From IMG/VR virus record IMGVR_UViG_3300032315_001715, positions 124,001 to 188,000 of that record: DNA of 64,000 nt; one strand, 5' to 3'. How positions within the stretch are numbered: position 1 is the first letter of the stretch; every line of letters begins with the position of its first letter. The translations under genes were made by a program, and so were the position numbers. Positions 36,465 to 46,152 of the stretch are shown here, one piece after another. The notes under the pieces are model-generated. The model saw only the letters and a program-made list of their open reading frames with translations, ran no database searches and was not told where the DNA came from.

Positions 36465-38066
36465 TTAGCTAATCATTATCGAGAACGGCATTGGGTCACG
36501 ATGATCGTTGGCTTCATCGCCATCAAACACATCTTTCATCATTTCGCCAACACGATCGTCCCAGTTGGTGACCATCTGCATCATTCGAACACACAGCATG
36601 GTGCTCATCACGCAGTCATCATTCTCTCCGGATTTAGCCGCAAAACTGTCTCCCTTTGCTACAAAGAACTTGAGCTGGCGTACCAACATCTTGCTTTGTA
36701 TCTTAAGCTTGTTGCTTTCGACCAAGCTTTTCAGCTTGGTACAAGCACTGGATTTGCTTCGACCATTGGTATTGAGCCCCTTGCGTAGTCTCACCGTACC
36801 CGGACGCCGGGGCTCGTGTAGGAATTGACCGCTGAAATTTTCCTCGCCGATGTCGCTGACGGTTTGCAATGCAGCTTCGCCCCATGAGTTGTTTTCCAGG
36901 GTGAAGTATATTTCCGGTTCTCCCTTGAATCCAGTTTTCTTGATTTCCTGGTAAATGGCATTGATGATGGTTTGCATGGTTCGAACTTGATTTGGTATGC
37001 CAACCTTGTTGGAATTCCATTCAGCTATCTGCATCATATCAGGTAGGCTCCATACCTGTATGCAAGCACCATCCTTGCCGACTCCGGCACTGGGATCCAA
37101 GCTTACGAGATAAATGCGATCCGATGTTACCTTGTCATACCACCGAACGTCGCCGTGGGTCTTGAGTATCGGATCAACCCCTCGCAATCGTTGCAGCGTT
37201 AGGCTGCTGATAAGCGAACTCTCTTCACCTGCAAACACACATTCGTATTCTCGTTGGAACTTTTCCAGTCCTATTTTTGCACGCTCGGTTGCTGCCCATT
37301 GTTCATCTCGACCCGGGACTTCGCTGTAGTGTGCCGTGACCGCCTTGAATCCATTAACTCCCATGCCGCCCGGTATGTCATTGCCGTCCTCATCAACCGT
37401 TGCTGTAGCACCGTGCCATATCTCAGCAAACATGTCCTCATCAGACGCCGGTGTTGATGTAATGATGCATTTACCACCAGTTGCTAGGGTCGGTGCCATT
37501 GCTGACCAAAATTCGGTTGCCATCCTTGGCTTAACGAACGCAAACTCGTCCAAATAAAGCAAGCTAATCGCCAATCCTCGACCAGAGTCCGGAGTTGTAG
37601 TCGTTGCGATTATTCGACTGCCGTTGTCAAATCGTATGCTGGTCACGTTATATTCAACAACGCCCGGCCGTATATAATTTGGTAACTCCTCGTATGCATA
37701 CTTGATGCGCATCATGATCTCATTAGCAGCCTTGAACTTGTTTGCTGCGATCAGCACGGTTACATCCGGGTTAAACGATGCATACCAAAGCAGGTATCCC
37801 GCCGCGGTTGTTGTCTTGCCACTCTGTCGCGGGATCATTGCGATGGTATTTCTAAATGACCAATATGTTTTTACTAAATCTTTTTGGAATGGATATGCTT
37901 CAAACGGTATCTTACCCTTGGTAGGATGCTGGATGAACATGTGCTTTTCCATGAAATAGATCGGATCCTGCGCGCAGCGGACGAATTCCTGTATCTGTTC
38001 CGGAGTGTATGTCGTTGGTTGATTTGCGGGCTTGAGCTTCTCAAAGTCCGTGTTATTCTTTGCCAT
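36465..38066 (-). CDS. gp17: Terminase large subunit (T4 gp17-like)
   Basis: PRQSGKT, LLYLDEFAF, SLDPSAG, NDDCVM motifs. Confidence 0.93.
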   Translation of the reverse strand: MAKNNTDFEKLKPANQPTTYTPEQIQEFVRCAQDPIYFMEKHMFIQHPTKGKIPFEAYPFQKDLVKTYWSFRNTIAMIPRQSGKTTTAAGYLLWYASFNPDVTVLIAANKFKAANEIMMRIKYAYEELPNYIRPGVVEYNVTSIRFDNGSRIIATTTTPDSGRGLAISLLYLDEFAFVKPRMATEFWSAMAPTLATGGKCIITSTPASDEDMFAEIWHGATATVDEDGNDIPGGMGVNGFKAVTAHYSEVPGRDEQWAATERAKIGLEKFQREYECVFAGEESSLISSLTLQRLRGVDPILKTHGDVRWYDKVTSDRIYLVSLDPSAGVGKDGACIQVWSLPDMMQIAEWNSNKVGIPNQVRTMQTIINAIYQEIKKTGFKGEPEIYFTLENNSWGEAALQTVSDIGEENFSGQFLHEPRRPGTVRLRKGLNTNGRSKSSACTKLKSLVESNKLKIQSKMLVRQLKFFVAKGDSFAAKSGENDDCVMSTMLCVRMMQMVTNWDDRVGEMMKDVFDGDEANDHRDPMPFSIMIS

Positions 38067-38078
38067 GAGTCCTCGTCA

Positions 38079-38330
38079 TTACGAATTTAAGTTGATGATC
38101 TCATCAACCGAGCGCCAAGTTTTACGGCGCCCATCAGCTATACTTAGCAGCACTTCGAATATGACAGCATCTATGTTGTGTTTCCAATGATATAGGAAAC
38201 GATTGGTTCGTAAAAGATCGGGAAGGTGATCCTCATAACCCCACGTAAATTCTTGCAACAAAGTGGGATGCTTTGGCATGTAATATATTATCTGTAATAA
38301 TACAGGCCTTACGTTGGTTATAAGCATCAC
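38079..38330 (-). CDS. Usg-family protein
   Basis: IIYYMPKHPTLLQEFTW..D..P.L.....FL.HW matches my recollection of the Usg pattern. Confidence 0.65.
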   Translation of the reverse strand: MMLITNVRPVLLQIIYYMPKHPTLLQEFTWGYEDHLPDLLRTNRFLYHWKHNIDAVIFEVLLSIADGRRKTWRSVDEIINLNS

Positions 38331-38347
38331 TCCTCCATTTTCTTGTC

Positions 38348-38917
38348 CTATTTCAGCGCCGGCTGGCGCTTGATGGTGCTCATTGGGCTGTGGCTGCCGT
38401 CATCAACGACTGGCTTACCGGCCAACGGATCTTTGTCGAAATCCTCAATGTCGGGATCGCTCAGCGGGCTCATAATGCCGTCGTCGTTTTCCCGCGACTC
38501 TTCAGCTAGAAACAATCGATATGCGTCTGATAGATTCATATAAATTGATCGTGCTGCTTCGTTGATCGGATCGTTTAGAGTATTGTCTCCATTCTTACCG
38601 AAGTGCTGAGGCAGGCGATCAGCGGTCCATGTGTAGGTATCTGCATCAACCTCATTACCGGTATCAGACTGTCTGTTATGGCCATAATCAAACTCCGCCG
38701 TTTCTTCAGCGAGGTCGTCACCCATATCATCAACAGCGGTTGGCGCAGCCGGAGGATCCACCGGCTCCATGACCGGAGGTGCTGACATCGGTACTGCTAC
38801 CGGTGCGGCCTTTAGACCTGCTAGCTGCACTATGCGTGCAACTTCGTCAGCGTCAACGCTGTCAACATCAATATTAGTTGTATCGCTCGTTACTTTGAGC
38901 TGATAATGTCTGTCCAT
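38348..38917 (-). CDS. Acidic hypothetical, probable head protein
   Basis: RIVQLAGL motif; low complexity. Confidence 0.6.
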   Translation of the reverse strand: MDRHYQLKVTSDTTNIDVDSVDADEVARIVQLAGLKAAPVAVPMSAPPVMEPVDPPAAPTAVDDMGDDLAEETAEFDYGHNRQSDTGNEVDADTYTWTADRLPQHFGKNGDNTLNDPINEAARSIYMNLSDAYRLFLAEESRENDDGIMSPLSDPDIEDFDKDPLAGKPVVDDGSHSPMSTIKRQPALK

Positions 38918-38918
38918 G

Positions 38919-39710
38919 TCACTTTTTCTCCATTGGCTTTAGCACCTGCTCGGCCTTGCCGGTCTTCGGGTCCTTGAAGAACTTGACCTGCGGGATAGCG
39001 TCATCAGACATGGTGCCTGTATTGTTCAACCACTTGCTGTCAACCGGGGTAGAATCATCTCCCTTGGTGATTGGCATTGGTGCACCCTTGATGTGGGTAT
39101 TGAAATTTGTGGTATCCTGACGTGGCTCACCCGGCGCGATGTCCTCCATCTGTATCCAACTAAACAACGGAGCTGGCGGATCAACTTCCATCGTTGGACG
39201 AGAATCTGCAACTCCTGCTAGATATGTCAGCAGCTTGTTGTTGTATTCATTGCCAAACAAGTCGTCGGTCTTTGGTTGCTCAGCATCAGTATATTCGCGA
39301 TCGGTGCTGAGACGTGCTGCTGATATTTCGTTCTTTTTATCCGCCTCCGCATTTGCCTTGCGTTCCCAGGCATCAAACTGAGAATACATCTCAATTGGTT
39401 CGTTTTGGCTTCGAACAACCATCATCTTTTCACTGACGTTTGCAGCATCCTTGAGATCCTGCAATAAAATGTATTGGCTTATCGGTACTCCGAGAACAAC
39501 CTTCATTGAATGCACATTGCGATTTTGTACGTCTATGAAATCCTTGTGATTATCGTCAACCACAACCGGCGCTATCAGTTCCTTGAGATCGTATTTTTTT
39601 AGCCACGATTCGATGGTCCCAACCTGTTCGTCAGCAGGCTTGGTTGCAAACTTGATAAAATAAACGTAGGACTTGGCGCTTTCTGCGAGATAATCCCTGA
39701 AATTCTTCAT
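38919..39710 (-). CDS. Hypothetical head protein with T4-like capsid-targeting N-terminus
   Basis: MKNFRDYLAE versus T4 IPIII MKTYQEFIAE; TAAATA at 39733-39738. Confidence 0.6.
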   Translation of the reverse strand: MKNFRDYLAESAKSYVYFIKFATKPADEQVGTIESWLKKYDLKELIAPVVVDDNHKDFIDVQNRNVHSMKVVLGVPISQYILLQDLKDAANVSEKMMVVRSQNEPIEMYSQFDAWERKANAEADKKNEISAARLSTDREYTDAEQPKTDDLFGNEYNNKLLTYLAGVADSRPTMEVDPPAPLFSWIQMEDIAPGEPRQDTTNFNTHIKGAPMPITKGDDSTPVDSKWLNNTGTMSDDAIPQVKFFKDPKTGKAEQVLKPMEKK

Positions 39711-39731
39711 ATGCTTAGGCTCCTATGTCCT

Positions 39732-40205
39732 TTATTTATCACCACCATTCATTTGACGGAGGTGTTTTAGTATTTCGTTTCTATCGAGAGCAACTGCTGT
39801 ACCTTCAACCGTGTTACCGTTGTCCTGCCCGCCCATTCGATCTATCCGCATTTTATCAAGCTGTAGCTTGAGCATTTTGAGCTTCTTTTCTACCTTGAGA
39901 TTCTTAGCATCAACGGCTATCTTCAACATTTGGCTTGATGAGCTGAATATCTCTCCAGCATGCTTGACCTCAACGTTCATACCAAGTTCCTGCAGATCCT
40001 TGTGTGCTTGCTTGGCAAGCTCAGCTAATTCGTCCATTTCCTCGTCGTGCTGATCAAAATGGTCGATCTTGTCAAACTCTTTACCGATCTCTTCAGCATG
40101 CTCCAACGCAGCATGCACGTCCTCGCTGGTAGCAGGTAACTCTTTGACCAGATCTAAGTCCGGTAGTTCGAATATTTCTTCTAGCTTGTCGAATTGCTTG
40201 CTCAT
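39732..40205 (-). CDS. Putative terminase small subunit (gp16-like)
   Basis: Helical acidic N-terminus, central helices and a C-terminal beta-strand followed by RNEIL; near gp4 and gp17. Confidence 0.4.
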   Translation of the reverse strand: MSKQFDKLEEIFELPDLDLVKELPATSEDVHAALEHAEEIGKEFDKIDHFDQHDEEMDELAELAKQAHKDLQELGMNVEVKHAGEIFSSSSQMLKIAVDAKNLKVEKKLKMLKLQLDKMRIDRMGGQDNGNTVEGTAVALDRNEILKHLRQMNGGDK

Positions 40206-40305
40206 GGGATTTCTTCTTTGGGTTATATAGCCGTTGGTATTTACGACAAATACATCACCAACACGCTACGACCGGCACATATCAGGAATCAAACCCAACT
40301 GCTGC

Positions 40306-40752
40306 TTATTTTCTTTTGATCTGGGAACCCTTCTTGATGTAGATATCGTCTTCGGTTAATATTCGGAATACCAACCCATTCTTTTTACAATACATCATTG
40401 CTGCTGCCCATTTAGCGGTATTGACCAGCAATGCCGCTTTATCTCGCTTGCTTTTGGCATTTTCAGCAATGGCTTCTTTTTTCGGCTTAACTTCGACCAG
40501 CTCGGCTCGACGCTTACCAAATTTATCCTGATAAACGATCAAAAAATCCGGTATGTACATGCTTTTCCTACCGGTCAACGGATGAACATACGGTATTGAT
40601 ATGCTTTCACTGGCCCAGTTAATCACGTTTGGATGTTGATCTAGTAATGTCATGACCGTTAATTCCCACGAGCTTCGGTAGAACGGTCTTGCGTTGCCGA
40701 TCAGCTTTTGTGGATTTTTGGGTATGAATGCGTCTTGGCTATATTTGCTCAT
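40306..40752 (-). CDS. gp4: Head completion nuclease (T4 gp4-like)
   Basis: YRSSWE...WASE..IPY...YIPDF...VEVKP...N.AKW.AA...C. Confidence 0.88.
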   Translation of the reverse strand: MSKYSQDAFIPKNPQKLIGNARPFYRSSWELTVMTLLDQHPNVINWASESISIPYVHPLTGRKSMYIPDFLIVYQDKFGKRRAELVEVKPKKEAIAENAKSKRDKAALLVNTAKWAAAMMYCKKNGLVFRILTEDDIYIKKGSQIKRK

Positions 40753-41228
40753 GGTTCATCCGTTATAGCTGCCGATATGCTGCCTCGCAGAGTTGGATTG
40801 TTGGTCCAGCTCGGTACTCTTACTGATTGCAATACTCCGACCTGTGATCCTTTTGGCTTAAACGAATTATATGCCTGTATCAGTTCCAAGCTTATTGAGT
40901 CGTTGGTCAACAGCGTGCTCACTGATACACCGCGCACGGCAGAAACATATGCAGCAACGGATGCGATGGCTTCTACCATTTCGGGCGGCACGTTTGACCT
41001 CGAATAGTATCCCCGAGCAGCATCCAATGCTCGAGACTTTATCTTTGGATCATTAACCCGTTGCGGGTTGGCAAGTAGGCTCGATGATGCCGGTAATGCA
41101 TCTATGCTCTTTCCGGTTAGATCATCAACGAACTGCCATCCACCGTTGTCTTGGGTTACCGATATCTGACCGCTGCGCTGTGCTAGCTGTTGGGTAATGG
41201 TCTGTGAGGTAAAATTTGTGGTTGCCAT
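40749..41228 (-). CDS. Hypothetical protein
   Basis: 159 aa between gp4 and the tube-like gene. Confidence 0.55.
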   Translation of the reverse strand: MATTNFTSQTITQQLAQRSGQISVTQDNGGWQFVDDLTGKSIDALPASSSLLANPQRVNDPKIKSRALDAARGYYSRSNVPPEMVEAIASVAAYVSAVRGVSVSTLLTNDSISLELIQAYNSFKPKGSQVGVLQSVRVPSWTNNPTLRGSISAAITDEP

Positions 41229-41242
41229 GGTTCGCGCCTTTA

Positions 41243-42658
41243 TTAGCCAGCTATCAGTTGTCTGAGCCGATTTACCCTATCTTGGTCTTCGGCAGAAAGT
41301 GTTGGCCTAATCGTTCGGCCATCGACCGTTACGCTTGTTACTATGTTACCGCCAACGATGTTTCCGGAAATGCGCGATGCTCGGGTTCCCGGAGGTATTA
41401 GCCCGGCTGCAACAGCAGCTTCATTAAGCAGCTCGACCTGCCGGCGCGTTTCGGCACTCCGTTGGGCTATCTGACGATCTATGGATGCACCGAGTCCGGA
41501 ATTTACATTTGATCGCACCGGTGCTACGGGATTGGCAGGCGGTATTGGTTCCGTACCGGTAACATTTCCCAGGGGATCATATGTAGGCCTCATCGGAGTA
41601 CCGGGAACAACCGTCGATGATCTCGGCGGGATAGGCCGTCCTGGTTCCGTACCAGTGACATTTCCCAGGGGATCATAGTTGATGATTGGTGGTCCGAATT
41701 CTGGAACTCCGGCGCCTGCGATTGATCCGTTTGGTAGTGTCGGTGTTACCAACAATGCATTCTCATCGGGTGCTGTACCGGCTGCCCCTCGCTGCTGTGT
41801 GTCCAGAAATGCATTCTCGTCTGGCGCCGTGCCAGCTGCTCCGCGTTGAGATCTAACGGCTGGTTGGGTTGAAAATATGCGAGGTTGGGGCGGTGTTGGT
41901 ATATTTGGGAGAACCCCTGGTATGTCCAATGAATCAATTGGTTGCCATCCAAATACTGTCGAATCCACAACCGGTTGACCAAATGCTTCGTATTCAATGG
42001 CCTCGTATTTGAAGCTTATATTAACCTCTTCTGGTTCTTCGCTGGAATAGTCCCGTTGCTGCCAGTCGATGGTTGTTATTTTTGGATTGATGTAGCTAAA
42101 TGCTGTGTAGGTATTGGCATAAAATCCATAAACCGTGATACGATCAAAGAATTGGGTATCGTTGCTAAGGGGTCTCAGGCCCCATCCACTATCGTCGGTA
42201 AATTTTGCATCAACCGGACTTTGGCTGTAGGCATTTTGATTTCTCTTTACTCGGCTATCACCAAAATAAAATGTGAAATAGTCTATCCATGTTGCTAGAA
42301 CCGAATCATCAACTGAATCATACAGTCGTATCGATGCTTCGCCATAATCAATCTTGGTATATATCACCTTTTTCTTGTTATAGTGATTAAGCTCCTGTGT
42401 GGTAAGCGTTATCTTTGGTTTATCAACCTGCTTTACCTTGAAACTTAGGCTTCTATTACCATCATAGCCGTTTAACACCGCATTATTGGTCATGGATTTG
42501 CCGGCCGCCGACAGCTCAAACTTCGTATAAAACATGAACCGCATGCGAGGGACCGCAGTAACCAGTTGACCCGGATTGTTTAATCCAAAAACTCTGGATG
42601 CTATCCTAGGTGATCGAAGCCTTATTTTGCCGTCAGTTTGGGAAAGATTAGCTACCAT
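41243..42658 (-). CDS. Tail-tube-like (gp54/gp48-type) protein with Pro/Gly-rich C-terminal repeats
   Basis: VDKPKI...NHYNKK..IYTKIDY...I.LYD tube-fold pattern; duplicated QRGAAGTAPDENA and YDPLGNVTGTEP; start moved to MVANL. Confidence 0.65.
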   Translation of the reverse strand: MVANLSQTDGKIRLRSPRIASRVFGLNNPGQLVTAVPRMRFMFYTKFELSAAGKSMTNNAVLNGYDGNRSLSFKVKQVDKPKITLTTQELNHYNKKKVIYTKIDYGEASIRLYDSVDDSVLATWIDYFTFYFGDSRVKRNQNAYSQSPVDAKFTDDSGWGLRPLSNDTQFFDRITVYGFYANTYTAFSYINPKITTIDWQQRDYSSEEPEEVNISFKYEAIEYEAFGQPVVDSTVFGWQPIDSLDIPGVLPNIPTPPQPRIFSTQPAVRSQRGAAGTAPDENAFLDTQQRGAAGTAPDENALLVTPTLPNGSIAGAGVPEFGPPIINYDPLGNVTGTEPGRPIPPRSSTVVPGTPMRPTYDPLGNVTGTEPIPPANPVAPVRSNVNSGLGASIDRQIAQRSAETRRQVELLNEAAVAAGLIPPGTRASRISGNIVGGNIVTSVTVDGRTIRPTLSAEDQDRVNRLRQLIAG

Positions 42659-42676
42659 ATAGATATTTATCATGGT

Positions 42677-42704
42677 AAGGGCGGTGTAAAAATACACCGC
42701 CCTT
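42677..42704. other. 12-bp perfect hairpin without a U tract downstream of the tail tube gene
   Basis: aagggcggtgta-aaaa-tacaccgccctt. Confidence 0.6.
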
Positions 42705-42748
42705 GCTATACACACACCAAATTTTTATTAAGTCTAATGAAATACTAA

Positions 42749-43363
42749 TTAGCCATTAACAAAAAGAGGAACAGCCAATTCATTACCTTGAGTTGCGTTG
42801 TCGTAGCGAATTGTCAAAGTAATCATTGTCGGGTCAGAGCTAGAATAATCCATTTGATCATACTGTACCTGCTCAAGGAAGCAGCCCTCGAGGAACCATT
42901 CTTCAATAACGTTGGCAGGATATGCCATGGTACCATCGAGAGTTTGCATCAAGCATCCAAACTTGTAATTAACATGGGAACGAGCAGCACTCTGGCTAAA
43001 ATGATTCATCTGCTTTTGCAGTTGAGCGCTCACCAACCCAGAAACGCTATTGGTAATGTCGTCACGAAGGGCTATCTCAACGGTCTGCCATTCTGGCTTG
43101 TTAGCATAGTATGCAATGTTGTTGTAGCTGTGCAAGGCGGTATTGTTGTGCTGTAGCTGTGGTCGACCAGCTGTAGCAACCTGTTTGGTAAAATCGATCG
43201 GATTAATACCAGTTTGGCCAAAGCCCAACATCTGAACCCTGAACCGATGCTTTAGTTTTGGCATCAAGATCCCGCCTGTTAGGCCGGCCGAGTTACTAGG
43301 TACCCCGAATCGATTTAAGGTTCCGGTTTGCGTTATCGGATTTTGATTTGGAATGAGTGACAT
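42749..43363 (-). CDS. gp19: Tail tube protein (gp19-like)
   Basis: MPKLKHRFRV, YANKPEWQTV.I.LRDD, W.LEGCF...Y...DYSSSD...I.LTIRYD; TAAATA at 43394-43399. Confidence 0.85.
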   Translation of the reverse strand: MSLIPNQNPITQTGTLNRFGVPSNSAGLTGGILMPKLKHRFRVQMLGFGQTGINPIDFTKQVATAGRPQLQHNNTALHSYNNIAYYANKPEWQTVEIALRDDITNSVSGLVSAQLQKQMNHFSQSAARSHVNYKFGCLMQTLDGTMAYPANVIEEWFLEGCFLEQVQYDQMDYSSSDPTMITLTIRYDNATQGNELAVPLFVNG

Positions 43364-43417
43364 GGTATTAACCTCCGTGTGTATGTTGTAAGTTATTTAT
43401 TCCAGGAGGTGTTTTTA

Positions 43418-44017
43418 TCACCGGCTGCTTGACAGGTCTGGATCGCAAGTGAGGGCAACAGGGTTCCCATTAGACTTCATCAATCGATCCCAGGTGGTTG
43501 CATGGCACAGATCGAGGATTATGTGTGTTCGTATTTCATTGCCGTTGTTCACCGCGCTGTGCTGCGTTCGATTATTGATCTCGTAGATATGCCCGGGTTC
43601 TAGATGCTGGGAAAAATCCCTCCATAGTTGCAGGCATTTTTCATTGGTTTTTACCGGAACATGTATCCTATGGCAGTGCTCGTGGAACCATGCTGGATCT
43701 CGATGCCATCCCAGCTGAACCCCTGGCATCAATGTAGCAACTTCCCCTCGTAAAAACACATGGTTGTCAAACATGGATATCACTTGATCGCATACCGGTT
43801 TGCACAATTCAAGCAGGGTTCGTTGATCATCGGTAAGGTGATAATCTCTCGACTTGATCGGAAACGGAAACACCACCAACTTTCCGTCCTTTAATGGCGG
43901 TTCGTGTCTAGCATATTCCTCTTGTATCCAGTTCATCATGTTGCATTGATGAGCAATCGGTTCTATAATTGATATGTCAATCGTTGTTAGGTGCTTAACA
44001 AAGCCATCAAAATCCAT
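43418..44017 (-). CDS. AspH/LpxO-like 2OG-Fe(II) hydroxylase
   Basis: LMPG..LGWHRD...RIHVPV.TN...EINN...HSAVN.G...RTHIILD. Confidence 0.8.
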   Translation of the reverse strand: MDFDGFVKHLTTIDISIIEPIAHQCNMMNWIQEEYARHEPPLKDGKLVVFPFPIKSRDYHLTDDQRTLLELCKPVCDQVISMFDNHVFLRGEVATLMPGVQLGWHRDPAWFHEHCHRIHVPVKTNEKCLQLWRDFSQHLEPGHIYEINNRTQHSAVNNGNEIRTHIILDLCHATTWDRLMKSNGNPVALTCDPDLSSSR

Positions 44018-44654
44018 GGAAATCTCCGATCAAAACTTCTCAAGTATATATGAATGCGAACAGATAGCAAGTGATAACATCACACAATCAACATGGAATG
44101 ATTTGGTACGATTTGTAGAATTACAAACGTCTAAGTCTCCCAACCATGTTGCATTGTCGAACATGACCAACGAAGCACCGGCAGGTTTGCTGCATAATAT
44201 CGCGTCGAAAGCACGATGGACCAGCGACGTCGGAGAAATCGCACTGTTGCGGGCAAATGGTCAAATCATTGGGATCAGCTGCGTTGAATTCAGCGAGCTG
44301 CATTGCCAGCTTTCAGTCGGCGGAGCTAGATGTTGGCTGGATGATCAACATCGATCAAAACAGCTGATGAGCAGATATCTGTTAGACGCTAATCTGCGAT
44401 GGAGCCAAAATCGCCAATTATCAGGCATGCTGCTGACCTTTAACCATTACAATAAATGGATATATAATGGCATCAATCGAGCTGCTAATGGAAAAGCCGT
44501 TGGCATTGGATCGGTTTGGAGCAATTGGTGGGACGATTGCAAACCATTACCAAATCCAATAACCGTAAGATACACCAAACAATGGTGTGTGATCAAACCG
44601 CTAGCTAACCACGGACTAGACAACATCATCCAGGAGATTTTGAATTCCCAATGA
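44016..44654 (+). CDS. Putative GNAT-fold acyltransferase (alternative start 43974)
   Basis: LL..NGQIIGIS...RCWL...HRSKQL resembles GNAT motif A. Confidence 0.45.
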   Translation: MEISDQNFSSIYECEQIASDNITQSTWNDLVRFVELQTSKSPNHVALSNMTNEAPAGLLHNIASKARWTSDVGEIALLRANGQIIGISCVEFSELHCQLSVGGARCWLDDQHRSKQLMSRYLLDANLRWSQNRQLSGMLLTFNHYNKWIYNGINRAANGKAVGIGSVWSNWWDDCKPLPNPITVRYTKQWCVIKPLANHGLDNIIQEILNSQ

Positions 44655-45595
44655 CTGATCTGTATTCAAAATTTGAACTATCAAAAAATAACCATATTCG
44701 ATATTGGTTTAATAACGATTGTAATCAAATATATAGGAATCTCGCCAATGAAAGCTCGCACATGAGCCTCGGCGGCGCCATTAGCAAGACAACCGTTTCA
44801 TTTCTAGACTCATTAATGAATTCTGCCCGAGAAATTGGTGGAAAACATCATGGTGAGTTCCATCTGTTTCTCAGTGGCGGTCTTGACAGCGAGTTAGCAT
44901 TTCGATCATTCATTAGAGCCGGTGTTAGATTTCGTCCAGTGATTGTAAAATTTTCAAATAATCTCAACATCGAGGATGTTGTTGGTGCGATTACATTGTG
45001 TGCAACAGCTAACAAGGATCCTATCATTGTTGATTTTGATCCACTTGAGTTTTTTCTATCTGAAGATTGGAAGCGGATTGCTGTTAGCTACCAAGCACAC
45101 ACGTTTTATCAACAACTATTGATAAAGATCGCTGAGAATCTAGCCGCACCAATGATAACCATCGATGAGATTGAGATCAGCCGGGGTGACAGGGGTATTT
45201 GGAAATTCGTAAAGAAGGAGGACCAAGACGGTTGTTGGCATCGATTCGTCGAAAAAACCGGAATTCCGGCATACAATAATTTCTACACATACGATCCTCG
45301 TACCATCATCGCATTCATGTCTAGCCGTCGAATCAAATCTCTAATCAACAACGATGTTCACGGAAAGCTATCTTGGAACAGCAGCAAAAATGAGGTATAT
45401 TTCGAGTTGACAAGATTAAATATGGCCAAAAGACACAAGCGCCATGGCATGGAAAGAATGATGCATATCTGGGAATACGTTGAGAACGCAACATGTTTAT
45501 TAATGCCCGGCAGCCCGAGGACGTTTGAATATTCGGCCATACCTCTCCAAGCCAATCTACGAACCATGGAAGAGATGACATGCAATACCATATAA
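44651..45595 (+). CDS. PP-loop ATP pyrophosphatase, asparagine-synthetase-like, without glutaminase domain
   Basis: HLFLSGGLDSE. Confidence 0.7.
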   Translation: MTDLYSKFELSKNNHIRYWFNNDCNQIYRNLANESSHMSLGGAISKTTVSFLDSLMNSAREIGGKHHGEFHLFLSGGLDSELAFRSFIRAGVRFRPVIVKFSNNLNIEDVVGAITLCATANKDPIIVDFDPLEFFLSEDWKRIAVSYQAHTFYQQLLIKIAENLAAPMITIDEIEISRGDRGIWKFVKKEDQDGCWHRFVEKTGIPAYNNFYTYDPRTIIAFMSSRRIKSLINNDVHGKLSWNSSKNEVYFELTRLNMAKRHKRHGMERMMHIWEYVENATCLLMPGSPRTFEYSAIPLQANLRTMEEMTCNTI

Positions 45596-46152
45596 GATGG
45601 ATCACCCACAACGATGCCAATAATGTTATGGCATTGTCTAAACACATATATGAAACCGACAAGGAATCATATCCCACCAATCTCAACGTATCCAACCCAA
45701 ACATTCTATCTGCATTTTTCGTATCAGAAGACATCACCGGATCATATAATCGCCGCGCTATTGGAATCTTCGACAACAACCAACGCCTTGTTGCTGCTAC
45801 CGGTACCAGGAAGATGGATTTCATACCGGTCTGGGTCCTAAGCTGGACACTGAGCAGCATTAAAACCGCACAGTTTGGATCCATCTGGCAAAAACAGCTT
45901 GGAATGCTTACGGACGATTTTGAAAGTCGAGGTATTAACGAATTTTACGTGGTAAGCCCTGCTAGCAGGGAGCTTGCTTACAAGAAAATGATGAGATTCA
46001 TGAGAAAACGCTACTGGACCTTCGCCGAGCTTAACATCAGTGCTGGTACCAAGCCTTCCCACGGATTGCATTGGATTATCATGGGAAATCAACTGTATTC
46101 GTATGATATAAACATTCGACGATATATCTTAAAAAGGGGGGACAATGATTAA
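45580..46152 (+). CDS. Putative GNAT-like protein
   Basis: AIGIFD..QRLVAATG beta-hairpin and alpha/beta pattern; weak call. Confidence 0.35.
   Translation: MQYHIRWITHNDANNVMALSKHIYETDKESYPTNLNVSNPNILSAFFVSEDITGSYNRRAIGIFDNNQRLVAATGTRKMDFIPVWVLSWTLSSIKTAQFGSIWQKQLGMLTDDFESRGINEFYVVSPASRELAYKKMMRFMRKRYWTFAELNISAGTKPSHGLHWIIMGNQLYSYDINIRRYILKRGDND

Noticed and set aside
36102-37020. Plus-strand ORFs of 228, 106 and 105 aa
   Set aside because: They overlap the terminase and the 636-aa gene antisense, with no motifs or SD.
32119-38066. Inteins or introns in UvsX and terminase
   Set aside because: Both have uninterrupted motifs and normal lengths.
41570-41840. Duplicated segments in the tube-like gene
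   Set aside because: In-frame protein repeats (QRGAAGTAPDENA, YDPLGNVTGTEP), not a mobile element or array.
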